64,000 nucleotides of DNA, taken from an uncultured Verrucomicrobiae bacterium. Its GTDB lineage: Bacteria > Chlamydiota > Chlamydiia > Chlamydiales > Rhabdochlamydiaceae. Under the pieces are notes generated by a model. That model was not told the origin of the DNA and searched no databases. It was given only the letters and a program-made list of their open reading frames with translations. The position numbers and the translations under genes are program-made. Below are positions 49,973-58,972 of this stretch, one piece after another; the stretch's first letter is position 1, and each line of letters begins with the position of its first letter. The stretch is from the NCBI GenBank assembly GCA_963718565.1, contig OY970364.1, positions 1,664,001-1,728,000 of the forward strand, in the 5' to 3' direction.

Positions 49973-50395
49973 ATGAACAAGTTTTTAAGCATTCAGGAAG
50001 CAGCAAAATGTTTGGGAGTTTCTCCACAAACACTCCGCCGATGGGAAAGACAAAAGAAAATCGTTCCCTGTCATCGCATACAGGGCGGCCAACGCCGCTA
50101 TAGTCTCACTCAGTTACAGCCATTTAATTGCGGAGATAAAACCTCTGATCGTCTAACTGTTGCCTACGCAAGAGTTTCGAGTCATGATCAAAAAGAAGAT
50201 TTACAACGACAAGTCCATATGTTAGAAATTTACTGCTTTGCAAAAGGATGGGTGTTTTCGGTAACCAAAGACCTCGGTTCCGGGATGAACTATAATAAAC
50301 GTGGGCTAAAACAACTGCTTGAGCAAAATGGTTCAAGAAGCCATAAGAACAAACAGCTTTTGGCCAACCTTCAAAATGCGGTCGCCAATGTCTAA
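49973..50395 (+). pseudogene. tnpA: IS607 serine recombinase TnpA with in-frame internal deletion
   Basis: MerR-like HTH, YARVSS, DLGSG, then GLKQLLEQN joined directly to GSRSHKN; DRLxRFG segment missing. Confidence 0.85.
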
Positions 50396-51854
50396 AGAGA
50401 ATCTGGTTCTTAAGCTGAGAATTGAAGCAGACCCTCAAACAATTTCTGAGCTCGATGGGCAATCGCGGATCTGTAATTGGCTTTATAATCATCTGCTAGA
50501 AAAAAGCCTGGAACTCAAGCGGGAATTTATTCATTCCGGCAACCCGGAGGCATCAAAGACCCTCTATACAGAAAGAGGACTCAGAAATGAACTTCCAAAA
50601 CTCAAGGAAGAGCACCCCTTTCTAAAAGTCGTCCACTCTTCTCCATTAAAAAATACCGCTTTGAGACTTAGTGAAGCAATCCGGGTTCATCAAAAATCAA
50701 AAAAAGGAAAACGGAAAGGCAAACAGATGGGTTGGCCCAAATTTCGGGCCTGGAAACGGGACTGGTTTTCTCTTTTTTACGATGAACCAGAAAAAGGTTT
50801 CAAGATTCAAGGCAAAGCCTTGTTCCTCTCCCTTGGAATGGGCCAGGACCGCAAGCGCCGCTTCCTCACTCTCGAATTACCCGAAGCACATCTCCTCAAA
50901 GACAAAACCCCACGCAATTTGCGCATTATCTCCGAACTGGGAACCTACTATGCCATTTTTACCATTCAGAAAGAACTCCCCATCCGAAAACCCATTTCTA
51001 AAATCCTCGCACTCGATCCCAATCACAAAAATCTCGCCTATGGTGTTGACACAAGTGGAACAGCCATTGAGATTGCATCTCCTCACTGGCTCAAAACTTA
51101 CGATAAACGCCTGGACGAACTAAAAAGTAAAAGAGACCGCTGTGATAAAAAATCTAAAAAATTCCATGTTCTGGATGAAAAAGGCAATCCCACAGGAAAA
51201 GAATTCCATCTTCCTTCCAGGCAATGGAGAAAATACGATCATGCCCTAAAAAGCGCACTGCGTAAACGCCGAGAACAGACCAAGACGTTTATGTTTACAA
51301 GCGCTCATCGCCTTTTCCGAAATTACGACTGCATTGGAATCGGAGACTATACACCAAATGGCGAAGGCATTACTAAACCAATGCGGCGAGCGATGAATAA
51401 TCGATCCTTGATTGGACGTTGGAAAAACACCCTCTCCTGGGTAGCTCGAAAATCGGGAAAAACCTTTATTGAATTCGACGAGAAAGGGACAACCCGGACC
51501 TGTAGCCACTGCCTGCGGATTGAAGAGCGGGGAATCCCTGTCTCATTGAGACAATGGCAATGTCCACAGTGCAAGACCGTTCACATTCGCGACGAGAATG
51601 CCGCAATTAACGGCTTGAGAAAGATCTTGCGAGATCTTTCAGCAAAAAATGAAGGAGGATATCCTTCAATAGTGTCTGGCTCAGACCTCGCTTTTATCCA
51701 AAAGCGATGGGCCTGGTGTGTTTTGCCTAATGGTGTACATGTGACACCGTGGGGGCAAGACAGCAAAGCAATTTGCAGCACCAGGAAATTAAACCGAGGG
51801 CATGATAGCCCTCGATCAAAAGTTGATAATTTGGTTATATATGATCAGGTTTGA
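50388..51854 (+). CDS. tnpB: RNA-guided endonuclease TnpB
   Basis: CNWLYN, GWPKFR, RuvC-I LALDP, IGIGDY, FDEKGTT, CSHC/CPQC, RDENAAIN. Confidence 0.93.
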   Translation: MSKENLVLKLRIEADPQTISELDGQSRICNWLYNHLLEKSLELKREFIHSGNPEASKTLYTERGLRNELPKLKEEHPFLKVVHSSPLKNTALRLSEAIRVHQKSKKGKRKGKQMGWPKFRAWKRDWFSLFYDEPEKGFKIQGKALFLSLGMGQDRKRRFLTLELPEAHLLKDKTPRNLRIISELGTYYAIFTIQKELPIRKPISKILALDPNHKNLAYGVDTSGTAIEIASPHWLKTYDKRLDELKSKRDRCDKKSKKFHVLDEKGNPTGKEFHLPSRQWRKYDHALKSALRKRREQTKTFMFTSAHRLFRNYDCIGIGDYTPNGEGITKPMRRAMNNRSLIGRWKNTLSWVARKSGKTFIEFDEKGTTRTCSHCLRIEERGIPVSLRQWQCPQCKTVHIRDENAAINGLRKILRDLSAKNEGGYPSIVSGSDLAFIQKRWAWCVLPNGVHVTPWGQDSKAICSTRKLNRGHDSPRSKVDNLVIYDQV

Positions 51855-51892
51855 TCAAGTTTTGAAGAGCGGCTTTAAGCTGAATAATTTCC
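51700..51892 (+). ncRNA. Predicted TnpB omegaRNA scaffold plus guide
   Basis: Hairpins over the tnpB 3' end (GGTGT/ACACC, CGAGGG/CCCTCG); position typical for TnpB; boundaries inferred. Confidence 0.5.
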
Positions 51893-51914
51893 CTCAGAAA
51901 ATCACCCCGTTTTG

Positions 51915-52991
51915 TTAATTTTGCAATTCCCTCTCTGGATATTCATCATTCAAGACAGCATCGTAATGTGCAATCAGCTCTGTTGCTTTTGCATCGCTGC
52001 TTTTTTTGAGTTGTTCGTAAATCCGCAAGCCTTGCGCGCTTAAGCCATATTTAAAATAAAGGACGCCGAGGCGGAAAAGAACTTCGCGATCATTAGACGA
52101 TATTTTAAGGATTGTTTCGTATTCATGCATCTCTTCCTGAAATAGGTCAAGATTGTGGTAGATCTGTGCAAGTTGCGCATGGACCCAAGGGTCATTGGGG
52201 GCGTAAGAATCGAGGATTTTGTACTCTTCAATCGCTTTAAAAGAGGTTTGCTTAAATTTTTCCAACATCCTTGAGCCGGCGTAATCTGGAGAGATCCAGA
52301 AGTGCTCCTCATCAGGATAAAGTTTTCGCGGGTCCACATAGAGTTGAGAAAGTGTGAGATAGGAATTGGCAAGATGGGCGTGAGCTTCAAGATCGGTGGG
52401 CTTTAGCTTGATAAGTTCGATCTGCTGTTTGATCATTTTTAGGAGTAGCAGCTCCTTCATCTGATGGAGGTCTTTCCAGTGGGTCCAAGCACTGAATTTT
52501 TGCATCAACGGGGAAAGAGTTTTGAATGAAGCAGGCGCTGTATAATAGGAATATTCCAGGCGATGAAGGTTTGAAAGCAGGCGTCCTAAGGTTGTCGCAA
52601 GAGCAAGATGATGTTCGACACTATTTTTTTCAAAAGGAAGTATCGAGTGCGAGGCTTCAAGAAAATTAGCCCTGACCTCCAGAAGCTGGTTGGGTTTTTT
52701 GGCTTGAAAGTAAAACAAGAGGACAAAATAGGTAAAACCAGTAAAAAATAATCCTGCCAGCGAAAAGGCAAAGATTGTTGCCTTAGTGAAAAAGGAAAAG
52801 AAAAGGATAAAGGCGGCAAGTTCTAAGACTGCAATGGAGAAAAAAGTGATATGGAATAGAGCATATTGTCGCGTGACTTGTTTGAAATCTTCTAACGCTT
52901 CATTGCAAAATTGATCGATCCGTTCATCGAATGTGGAACGATGAAAATGAGCCTGTGGATTTATTCTTAAGGGCTCTTCAGTTGTTGTCAT
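51915..52991 (-). CDS. Two-TM protein with C-terminal TPR repeats
   Basis: Hydrophobic hairpin; HAHLANSY, HAQLAQIY, LFRLGVLY; last codons RELQN* lie in a family A end. Confidence 0.8.
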   Translation of the reverse strand: MTTTEEPLRINPQAHFHRSTFDERIDQFCNEALEDFKQVTRQYALFHITFFSIAVLELAAFILFFSFFTKATIFAFSLAGLFFTGFTYFVLLFYFQAKKPNQLLEVRANFLEASHSILPFEKNSVEHHLALATTLGRLLSNLHRLEYSYYTAPASFKTLSPLMQKFSAWTHWKDLHQMKELLLLKMIKQQIELIKLKPTDLEAHAHLANSYLTLSQLYVDPRKLYPDEEHFWISPDYAGSRMLEKFKQTSFKAIEEYKILDSYAPNDPWVHAQLAQIYHNLDLFQEEMHEYETILKISSNDREVLFRLGVLYFKYGLSAQGLRIYEQLKKSSDAKATELIAHYDAVLNDEYPERELQN

Positions 52992-53070
52992 AGAAACTCA
53001 GCTTAGTCGTGGCTCGATTGTAGCGAGCAGCTTGTTTTTCTCAATAGAAAATAGGCCGCAATCTTAAGAA

Positions 53071-53517
53071 TTATTGGTAAGGAGTTTGAAGCATGTGATC
53101 GACCACGCGTTGGGATACGCCATTGTTTCTGAGCTCTTGAACATCGCTTGTAGAGAGATGGTAAACACTGCCCGTCGAATGGATTGCGCCAATGATTTTG
53201 TCATCGGTAATTCCTGCTTGAGACATTTTTTTAATGTCCTGCATCGAGAGCTGTTCTCCTCGATCGATCTTATCCATCGTTCGAGGAGATTCATGCCGCA
53301 GAGTATCGCGGTCGGAGGAATCTAGAGCTGCTCCGATGAGGGCTCCTCCCACAGCGCCCACAGCGCCTCCAATCAGAATACCGGCTGGGGTTGGACTGAT
53401 CAGAGCGCCAGCAGCGACGCCCGCACCCGCACCGACTAATGCTCCTGTCTCCGCTTTATTTTCACAGCTGGCCATCATCATCGTTCCAATTGCACAAGTG
53501 AGAAATATAGACCGCAT
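53071..53517 (-). CDS. Glycine-zipper lipoprotein
   Basis: Lipobox MASC; GALVGAGAG..GGAVGAVGGALIG. Confidence 0.85.
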   Translation of the reverse strand: MRSIFLTCAIGTMMMASCENKAETGALVGAGAGVAAGALISPTPAGILIGGAVGAVGGALIGAALDSSDRDTLRHESPRTMDKIDRGEQLSMQDIKKMSQAGITDDKIIGAIHSTGSVYHLSTSDVQELRNNGVSQRVVDHMLQTPYQ

Positions 53518-53546
53518 GGAAGGCTCCTAAATTAGGAATATCTGAA

Positions 53547-53567
53547 GAGGGAATTGCAAAACTCCTC
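53547..53567. repeat. Family A solo end
   Basis: GAGGGAATTGCAAAACTCCTC. Confidence 0.8.
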
Positions 53568-53713
53568 ATATAATAGTCCTTTTACTCCTCATGTGTTGTG
53601 TTGGCAAGATTTTTTTAGAGTATATAAGAGTGATCTTTTTCACAAAATGCGTGAAAAAAAATTAATTTCTATGTTGAATTAGGAAAGCACAATCACGAGT
53701 CGAGGAGATATCC

Positions 53714-54430
53714 ATGAGCCATAAAAAGAGAATTCTGCTGATTGAAGATGAGGAAGATATTGCCGCTTTGATTAAGCTTCAAGCGGAAGCCTCCGGTTAT
53801 AAAATGCATGTGGAGGTCGATGGCATCAATGGGTATCGAGCCATTGAGCGCGAAAAGCCCGATCTTGTGATTCTCGATATTATGCTGCCAGGTCAAAACG
53901 GCTTTGACGTCTGTCGCAAAATCAAGAGCAGTCCTGAATTGAGAACAATCCCTGTGATCATTTTAACGGCAAAAGGTGAAGAACTCGATATGGTGCTGGG
54001 TTTGGAACTTGGGGCTGACGATTATGTCGCCAAGCCTTTTTCTCCCAAGGTACTATTCTCACGGATCAAAGCTGTCCTTCGACGTAGCAAAGAGCCTGAA
54101 AAAGCTCCCAAAGTGATCCTGTTTGGAGAATTTACTCTGGAAGTTGACCGTTATTTACTTCGAAAAGGCGATAAAATCATCACGATCACGCTTTCGGAAT
54201 TTGGTATCTTGCGGCGGTTGCTCACCAATCGCGGCAAAGTGCTCACTCGCAATCAATTGTTGGACGATATCCATAATGATGATGCGTTTATTGTCGATAG
54301 AAATATCGATGTTCACATTGCTTCGCTTCGAAAAAAGCTTGGTCCCAATTTTGATTGGGTTGAAACAGTCCGCGGAGTTGGCTATCGATTTCGAGAAGAA
54401 CCAGCTGCAATGCCAGCGGGCAAAAAATAA
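53714..54430 (+). CDS. OmpR/PhoB family response regulator
   Basis: IEDE, LDIMLP, GADDYVAKPF, IDVHIASLRKKL, TVRGVGY. Confidence 0.95.
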   Translation: MSHKKRILLIEDEEDIAALIKLQAEASGYKMHVEVDGINGYRAIEREKPDLVILDIMLPGQNGFDVCRKIKSSPELRTIPVIILTAKGEELDMVLGLELGADDYVAKPFSPKVLFSRIKAVLRRSKEPEKAPKVILFGEFTLEVDRYLLRKGDKIITITLSEFGILRRLLTNRGKVLTRNQLLDDIHNDDAFIVDRNIDVHIASLRKKLGPNFDWVETVRGVGYRFREEPAAMPAGKK

Positions 54431-54437
54431 TCAGGTT

Positions 54438-55673
54438 ATGTTTGAGAAACAAAGACAAAAGCGTTCTCTTTTTCCTGTCTTGCTTACTTATTTTCTCGAC
54501 AATTTTGGACTTGCGATCGTTTTTCCCATTTTTACGCCCTTCATCCTTAAATCTACCCACCTCATTTTATCTTATTCAGAAAGGACAATTCTTCTCGGCA
54601 TATTGATCGGCGCTTTTCCACTTGCGCAATTTTTTGGCGCTCCCTTGATTGGTCAGTTTTCAGACAGGTTTGGCAGAAAGAGGGCATTTTATATCACTAT
54701 TTTAGGAACAGCGATCGGCTATACTTTCACCGCTGTCAGTATCATGGAGAACTCTTTTACTGCCCTTTTCATTAGCCGCTTCTGCACAGGCCTTTTCGCA
54801 GGGAACTTGACGCTTTGCTTAGCGGCCATTGCTGATATGAGCTTAGATGATGCGAGCCGCACAAAAAATTTTGGCCAGATTGGCGCAATTGGCGGATTGA
54901 GTTTTATTGTTGCGATTGCTTTAGGGGGGATCTTTTCTGACCCAAGTATCGGTCGCCATTTCAATCCCAGCTTTCCCTTCTGGATCACTGCGTTACTTGC
55001 TTACGCCAATTTCATATGCATGATATTGCTCTTTCATGAAACGCATGTCCCCAATCGGCATCCAGGCGTTAATCCTTTTAAAGGAATTTACAATCTTGTT
55101 CTCGGACTTAAAAGCAAAGAATTGAAAATCATCTATGCTGTTAACTTTTTGTTCATGCTCACCTGGGTTGCTTCGATGCAATTTCTTCCAACGTTTCTTC
55201 TGTTTGATTTTCAATTTCACATTCTCGGAGTCACGCTTTGCCTCATGACAATTGGTGCGATCTGGTCTTTGACCAATATGTTCATCAACCGCATGCTCGC
55301 CAAATGGTTTTTTCCTGGCCGGACTTTGCTTTGCTGTCTCCTACTAATTTCTCTGTCATTATTGTTTCTTTTCTTTTCAAAGACACCCATGATGTTTCTC
55401 TATTTATTCTTCTTCGCGACATCTTGTGCTTCTCTTTGCTGGACAAATGGTATCGCGACAGTTTCTTTGAAAGCACCCGCTTCCATTCAGGGAAGTATTC
55501 TTGGCATCAATCAATCGATGAATGCGATTGCCGCGATGTTAAGTCCATTGATTGGCGGTGTACTTATGGCTCTTAACAAACATGTTCTTTATCTTTTCGG
55601 AGGGGTGGTCACTTTGCTGGCCTTCGGCCTTTTAATCTCTTCCAGGGCTTATGATGAACACCACCATGATTAG
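54438..55673 (+). CDS. MFS transporter, TetA/DHA1-like
   Basis: GQFSDRFGRK motif A; about 12 TM; ATG 54438. Confidence 0.9.
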   Translation: MFEKQRQKRSLFPVLLTYFLDNFGLAIVFPIFTPFILKSTHLILSYSERTILLGILIGAFPLAQFFGAPLIGQFSDRFGRKRAFYITILGTAIGYTFTAVSIMENSFTALFISRFCTGLFAGNLTLCLAAIADMSLDDASRTKNFGQIGAIGGLSFIVAIALGGIFSDPSIGRHFNPSFPFWITALLAYANFICMILLFHETHVPNRHPGVNPFKGIYNLVLGLKSKELKIIYAVNFLFMLTWVASMQFLPTFLLFDFQFHILGVTLCLMTIGAIWSLTNMFINRMLAKWFFPGRTLLCCLLLISLSLLFLFFSKTPMMFLYLFFFATSCASLCWTNGIATVSLKAPASIQGSILGINQSMNAIAAMLSPLIGGVLMALNKHVLYLFGGVVTLLAFGLLISSRAYDEHHHD

Positions 55674-55908
55674 AGCACAAGAAGTTAAGAGATTTTTTTA
55701 ATTCTAGTAAAAGTTTTTAAATTGCCTCTTTCTCTCATGTCGGGGACAAAGCACTACGTGTCCTTCGTCCCCTGCTGGCCCCTCTTGAGCTTCATCTCGC
55801 GTTGCCAAATCGCCCTTCGGGCCGGTTCACTGCGTTCACCTGCTTTGCATTGCGAAACTATAAAGTTTCTCCGCGTCTTTGCGGCTCTGCGTTGATCTCA
55901 TCCGTCAG

Positions 55909-57006
55909 CTAATTTGTCTTTGAGACAACTCGGGTATAGACTTTTTCCATTTCATCCAATGTTCTTTGCAAAGTAAAACGCTCTTCGACAAGTTGTTTTC
56001 CTTGCGAACCGTATTGAGTCCTCAGGCCTGGATTATCGACGAGCTTGATGACTGCCTTGGCCACTGATTCAGGCGACGAGGGAGGGATGATCAAGCCGGT
56101 CTTTCCATCCAAGCACACCTCAGGGAGTCCTCCAACACTTGTTGTCACAAGCGGCCTCTCGAGATAGGCAGCTTGAAGGCTTGCTTGCGAAACGCCCTCA
56201 TGGGCTGTGCTGAGCAAAACGAAGATATCCATAGCCCTGATTGCAGAAAATGGAGCTTCGAGATGGCCTGTAAACGTCACAATTTTTTCTAATCCGAACT
56301 CCGGAATTTTTGAGCGGTAATCATCCACATGCCCACCTCCGACAACTACCCATTTGATCTCCCTGCGCTCTTTGAGTAATGCTGCAGCCTGAAGCAAGTC
56401 AAGAATTCCTTTCCATGAACGAACAAAACACGCTGTTCCCACGAGAATATCGCTGGGTCCAACCCCAAGCGATGCCCGGAATTCTACAGCTTTTAGAGGA
56501 TCTGCTTTCAAAGCATGAGGATCGATTCCCGTGGGAATGCATTTCAAGCGGAAGGAGGGTAGACCAGCTTGCTTGCCGATCGTCGCTAAAATGGGAGTCG
56601 ATGTTGTGACCACAAAATCCGCTAAGGTGCGATAAAGGATTCTACTGTTAAGTCCTTTACGGATCGGCGTAGAGAGATGACGAGTGCGGATCACTTTTTT
56701 TTTGACAATCCTCGCGGCAATGCCGCCCAGCCAAGCATCTAAAGAAGAATGCGTATTGACCAAATCAATCCCATGCGATTTACAAATGTGAATGAGCGCA
56801 TAAATCGTCTTCCAGGCCAATGCTCTTTTAAACGGAAGTTCATAAACCAGAAACCCCGCTTCTTTGGCTCGGGGAATCAATGCGCCGCCTATATTAACAG
56901 CCAGGATAATCTCATGACCACGCTTGCGCATCCCTTCAGCTTCACGAAGGATACGGATCTCTTGCCCTCCCCAACCGCGCGAACTCTCAGTATGTAATAC
57001 CCGCAT
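55909..57006 (-). CDS. GT4 family glycosyltransferase
   Basis: GWGGQE, THSSLD, EGVSQASLQA, VGGLPE. Confidence 0.92.
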   Translation of the reverse strand: MRVLHTESSRGWGGQEIRILREAEGMRKRGHEIILAVNIGGALIPRAKEAGFLVYELPFKRALAWKTIYALIHICKSHGIDLVNTHSSLDAWLGGIAARIVKKKVIRTRHLSTPIRKGLNSRILYRTLADFVVTTSTPILATIGKQAGLPSFRLKCIPTGIDPHALKADPLKAVEFRASLGVGPSDILVGTACFVRSWKGILDLLQAAALLKERREIKWVVVGGGHVDDYRSKIPEFGLEKIVTFTGHLEAPFSAIRAMDIFVLLSTAHEGVSQASLQAAYLERPLVTTSVGGLPEVCLDGKTGLIIPPSSPESVAKAVIKLVDNPGLRTQYGSQGKQLVEERFTLQRTLDEMEKVYTRVVSKTN

Positions 57007-57018
57007 GCTTCCTCCACA

Positions 57019-58239
57019 TTAATTTATGATGGATTCTAAAAGCTTCAAGATCTTCCTATGGCCTGAAGAAAAGGGAAGCCTTTTGATCTCATGCCAAGGA
57101 ACCCACTCGTACTCTGGAACTTCGATTTTTTCGATTGCCTGCCATAAAGTGGGATAGAGCGTCACTCTAAAACGAGTAAAGGATTGTTTAACTTCAGGCA
57201 AGCTCCTTAATTTTTTTGCAGTAAACGGAAAGGGAAAGAGGGAATTGCAAAACTCCTCGCCAGCAGAAAATCGATGATTTTGGCACCTGTTGCCAGAACC
57301 CGCACAGCGGGTTCGGTTGGCGGCGGCGAAAGCATACTTGGATAAGTAGGAGAGCCGCCGCCAAGGCGGCAGGTGCCAAAAGCGCGATTTTATGCGGCGA
57401 GGAGTTTTGCAATTCCCTCGAAAGGTTGGACTATCCGCATAAGGAAATTCATAGAGATCCGCCATCAGTTTCCCCTCTTCCCCTTTTTTCACTAGTAATT
57501 CTCCTTCAAAAATAAGGATGAAGACCTGCCGTACAAGCGACGTAATTTCCACTTTCTTTTCTTTTTTAGGCAATAGTCTTTGCAATCCTTGATTGAAGGC
57601 GACACATTTTTCTTGCAAAGGACACGCTGTGCAACTCGGATCACGTTTACAAATGGTCGCACCAAGCTCGATCAAGCCTTCTACAATAAGCCAAGGTTGA
57701 TCCTCGGGCAAGATCTCTTCAGCGATTTCCCAGATTTTTTTAAGAGTTCTACTTTTCTGCACATCATCGAGGATGCCATAGTAACGTGAGAGAACGCGGA
57801 TGGTGTTGCCATCCACTGCGGCCGCCCTCTGACGAAAGGCAAAACTTAAGATAGCCCCAATCGTATAAGGCCCAAGTCCTTTGACTTGAGCGAGCTCTTT
57901 CCTGGAAGAAGGTAATTCTCCGCCATAATGATTCATCAAAAAAAGTGCAGCCTCATGCAGGTTCCGCGCTCTGCTATAATAACCGAGTCCTTCCCACATT
58001 TTTATCACCTCTTCCAAAGGAGCTGCCGCAAGAGCGGCAATCGTTGGGAAACAGGCCATCCAACGCAAATAATATTCCTTAACCACAGAGACTTGCGTCT
58101 GTTGAAGCATGATCTCCGAGACCCAAATTGCATAAGGATCCGTTGTTTTCCGCCAAGGAAGATCTCGCTGGGCAGCTTGAAACCAATTTTTTATAAGTTC
58201 GACTTCAAAAGGAAATTTTTTCACTATTTGAGCTGTCAA
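57019..58239 (-). CDS. mutY: A/G-specific adenine glycosylase with 62-aa in-frame MITE insert
   Basis: WVSEIMLQQT, GLGYYSRARN, VDGN, C-x6-C-x2-C-x5-C. Confidence 0.95.
   Translation of the reverse strand: MTAQIVKKFPFEVELIKNWFQAAQRDLPWRKTTDPYAIWVSEIMLQQTQVSVVKEYYLRWMACFPTIAALAAAPLEEVIKMWEGLGYYSRARNLHEAALFLMNHYGGELPSSRKELAQVKGLGPYTIGAILSFAFRQRAAAVDGNTIRVLSRYYGILDDVQKSRTLKKIWEIAEEILPEDQPWLIVEGLIELGATICKRDPSCTACPLQEKCVAFNQGLQRLLPKKEKKVEITSLVRQVFILIFEGELLVKKGEEGKLMADLYEFPYADSPTFRGNCKTPRRIKSRFWHLPPWRRLSYLSKYAFAAANRTRCAGSGNRCQNHRFSAGEEFCNSLFPFPFTAKKLRSLPEVKQSFTRFRVTLYPTLWQAIEKIEVPEYEWVPWHEIKRLPFSSGHRKILKLLESIIN
57238..57419. mobile_element. Family A MITE, complete 182-bp copy with GAAA target duplication inside mutY
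   Basis: Perfect 24-bp TIR; GAAA at 57234-57237 and 57420-57423. Confidence 0.95.
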
Positions 58240-58384
58240 TTAGGTAATAATTGCCGAATCTTGAAAAATCTAAGCGGGCGCAGTGTACCATACCAAGAGC
58301 ATTTCTCGATAATAGTCTTAAAGACGTGGGTTGGCACAATTTTTGCATCTTACCAATAGTCACCCGTTCATTGGGAAGGTTGGT

Positions 58385-58882
58385 ATGACACAGCAAAGCA
58401 ATCCTGGCAATCCTGAAGGTTGGCAAAGCCTGCACATTTCTTTGAGAGATGACCTACAAAAAGAAGTCTATTTAACGCGGGAGTTGCTCTCGAATATGCA
58501 CCAAGAAGAGGTCTCTCTCATGCTTCATGATACAGGCGGTCTCGATCAGATCTTACAGCAACGTTTCCAGATGCTGGAAAAATTGAGTTTGCTGCGCCTC
58601 CACCGTCAAGAGACGACAACAAAAATTGAAAAAATTGCCTCCGCAGATCACAAAACCCTTTCCTTGGATGAAATCTTGCCTCCTAATGAAGAGATTAGCA
58701 CTGAAATATTATCTTTAAGCGACCAATTGGTGGCCTTGAACGAGAGAATGAGCCGTCAGCAATCCCAAAATCAACGCCTGTCAGAACATCCTGATCACAG
58801 CCGCTATCCGCCTTTGCAGCCTTCTCCTCAAATGCGTCCCAAAAGAAAAGCTTCTGTTGCCACTTACCAAATAAAAAAGTGA
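58385..58882 (+). CDS. Helical protein resembling FlgN export chaperones
   Basis: L..E....RELL.....E...L...D...L..I...R...L..L.....R pattern. Confidence 0.5.
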   Translation: MTQQSNPGNPEGWQSLHISLRDDLQKEVYLTRELLSNMHQEEVSLMLHDTGGLDQILQQRFQMLEKLSLLRLHRQETTTKIEKIASADHKTLSLDEILPPNEEISTEILSLSDQLVALNERMSRQQSQNQRLSEHPDHSRYPPLQPSPQMRPKRKASVATYQIKK

Positions 58883-58890
58883 TAATGAGA

Positions 58891-58946
58891 GAGGAAATTG
58901 CCAAAACCATCGATTTTCTGCTGGCGAGGAGTTTTGCAATTCCCTC
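58891..58946. mobile_element. Family A MITE, 56-bp deleted copy with GAGA target duplication
   Basis: GAGGAAATTGC...GCAATTCCCTC; GAGA on both flanks. Confidence 0.88.
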
Positions 58947-58972
58947 GAGATGTAAAACAGGTTTACAATTTC

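Larger units (their letters stand above)
49920..51872 (+). mobile_element. IS607-family element (tnpA-tnpB)
   Basis: GG at both junctions (GGCTTGTAACAGAA...TTTTGAAGAGCGG); subterminal CAAACCTGATTATATAT is mirrored near the right end. Confidence 0.85.
49879..51933. repeat. Family A-related palindrome (43-bp arms) split by IS607
   Basis: 49879-49921 is the imperfect inverse of 51891-51933; arms start GAG(G/C)GAATTGC. Confidence 0.85.

Noticed and set aside
49879..51933. 43-bp inverted repeats as the IS607's own TIRs
   Set aside because: IS607 elements lack TIRs, and the GG-bounded ends lie inside the arms
54123..54437. N-terminal extensions of ORF-track calls (MFS; also gspE, gspF, tnpB, 58898, 59946)
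   Set aside because: Overlap upstream genes or repeats; downstream ATGs fit family starts
53714..55673. Regulator plus MFS as a tetracycline-resistance cassette
   Set aside because: No TetR or mobile context; substrate cannot be inferred from sequence
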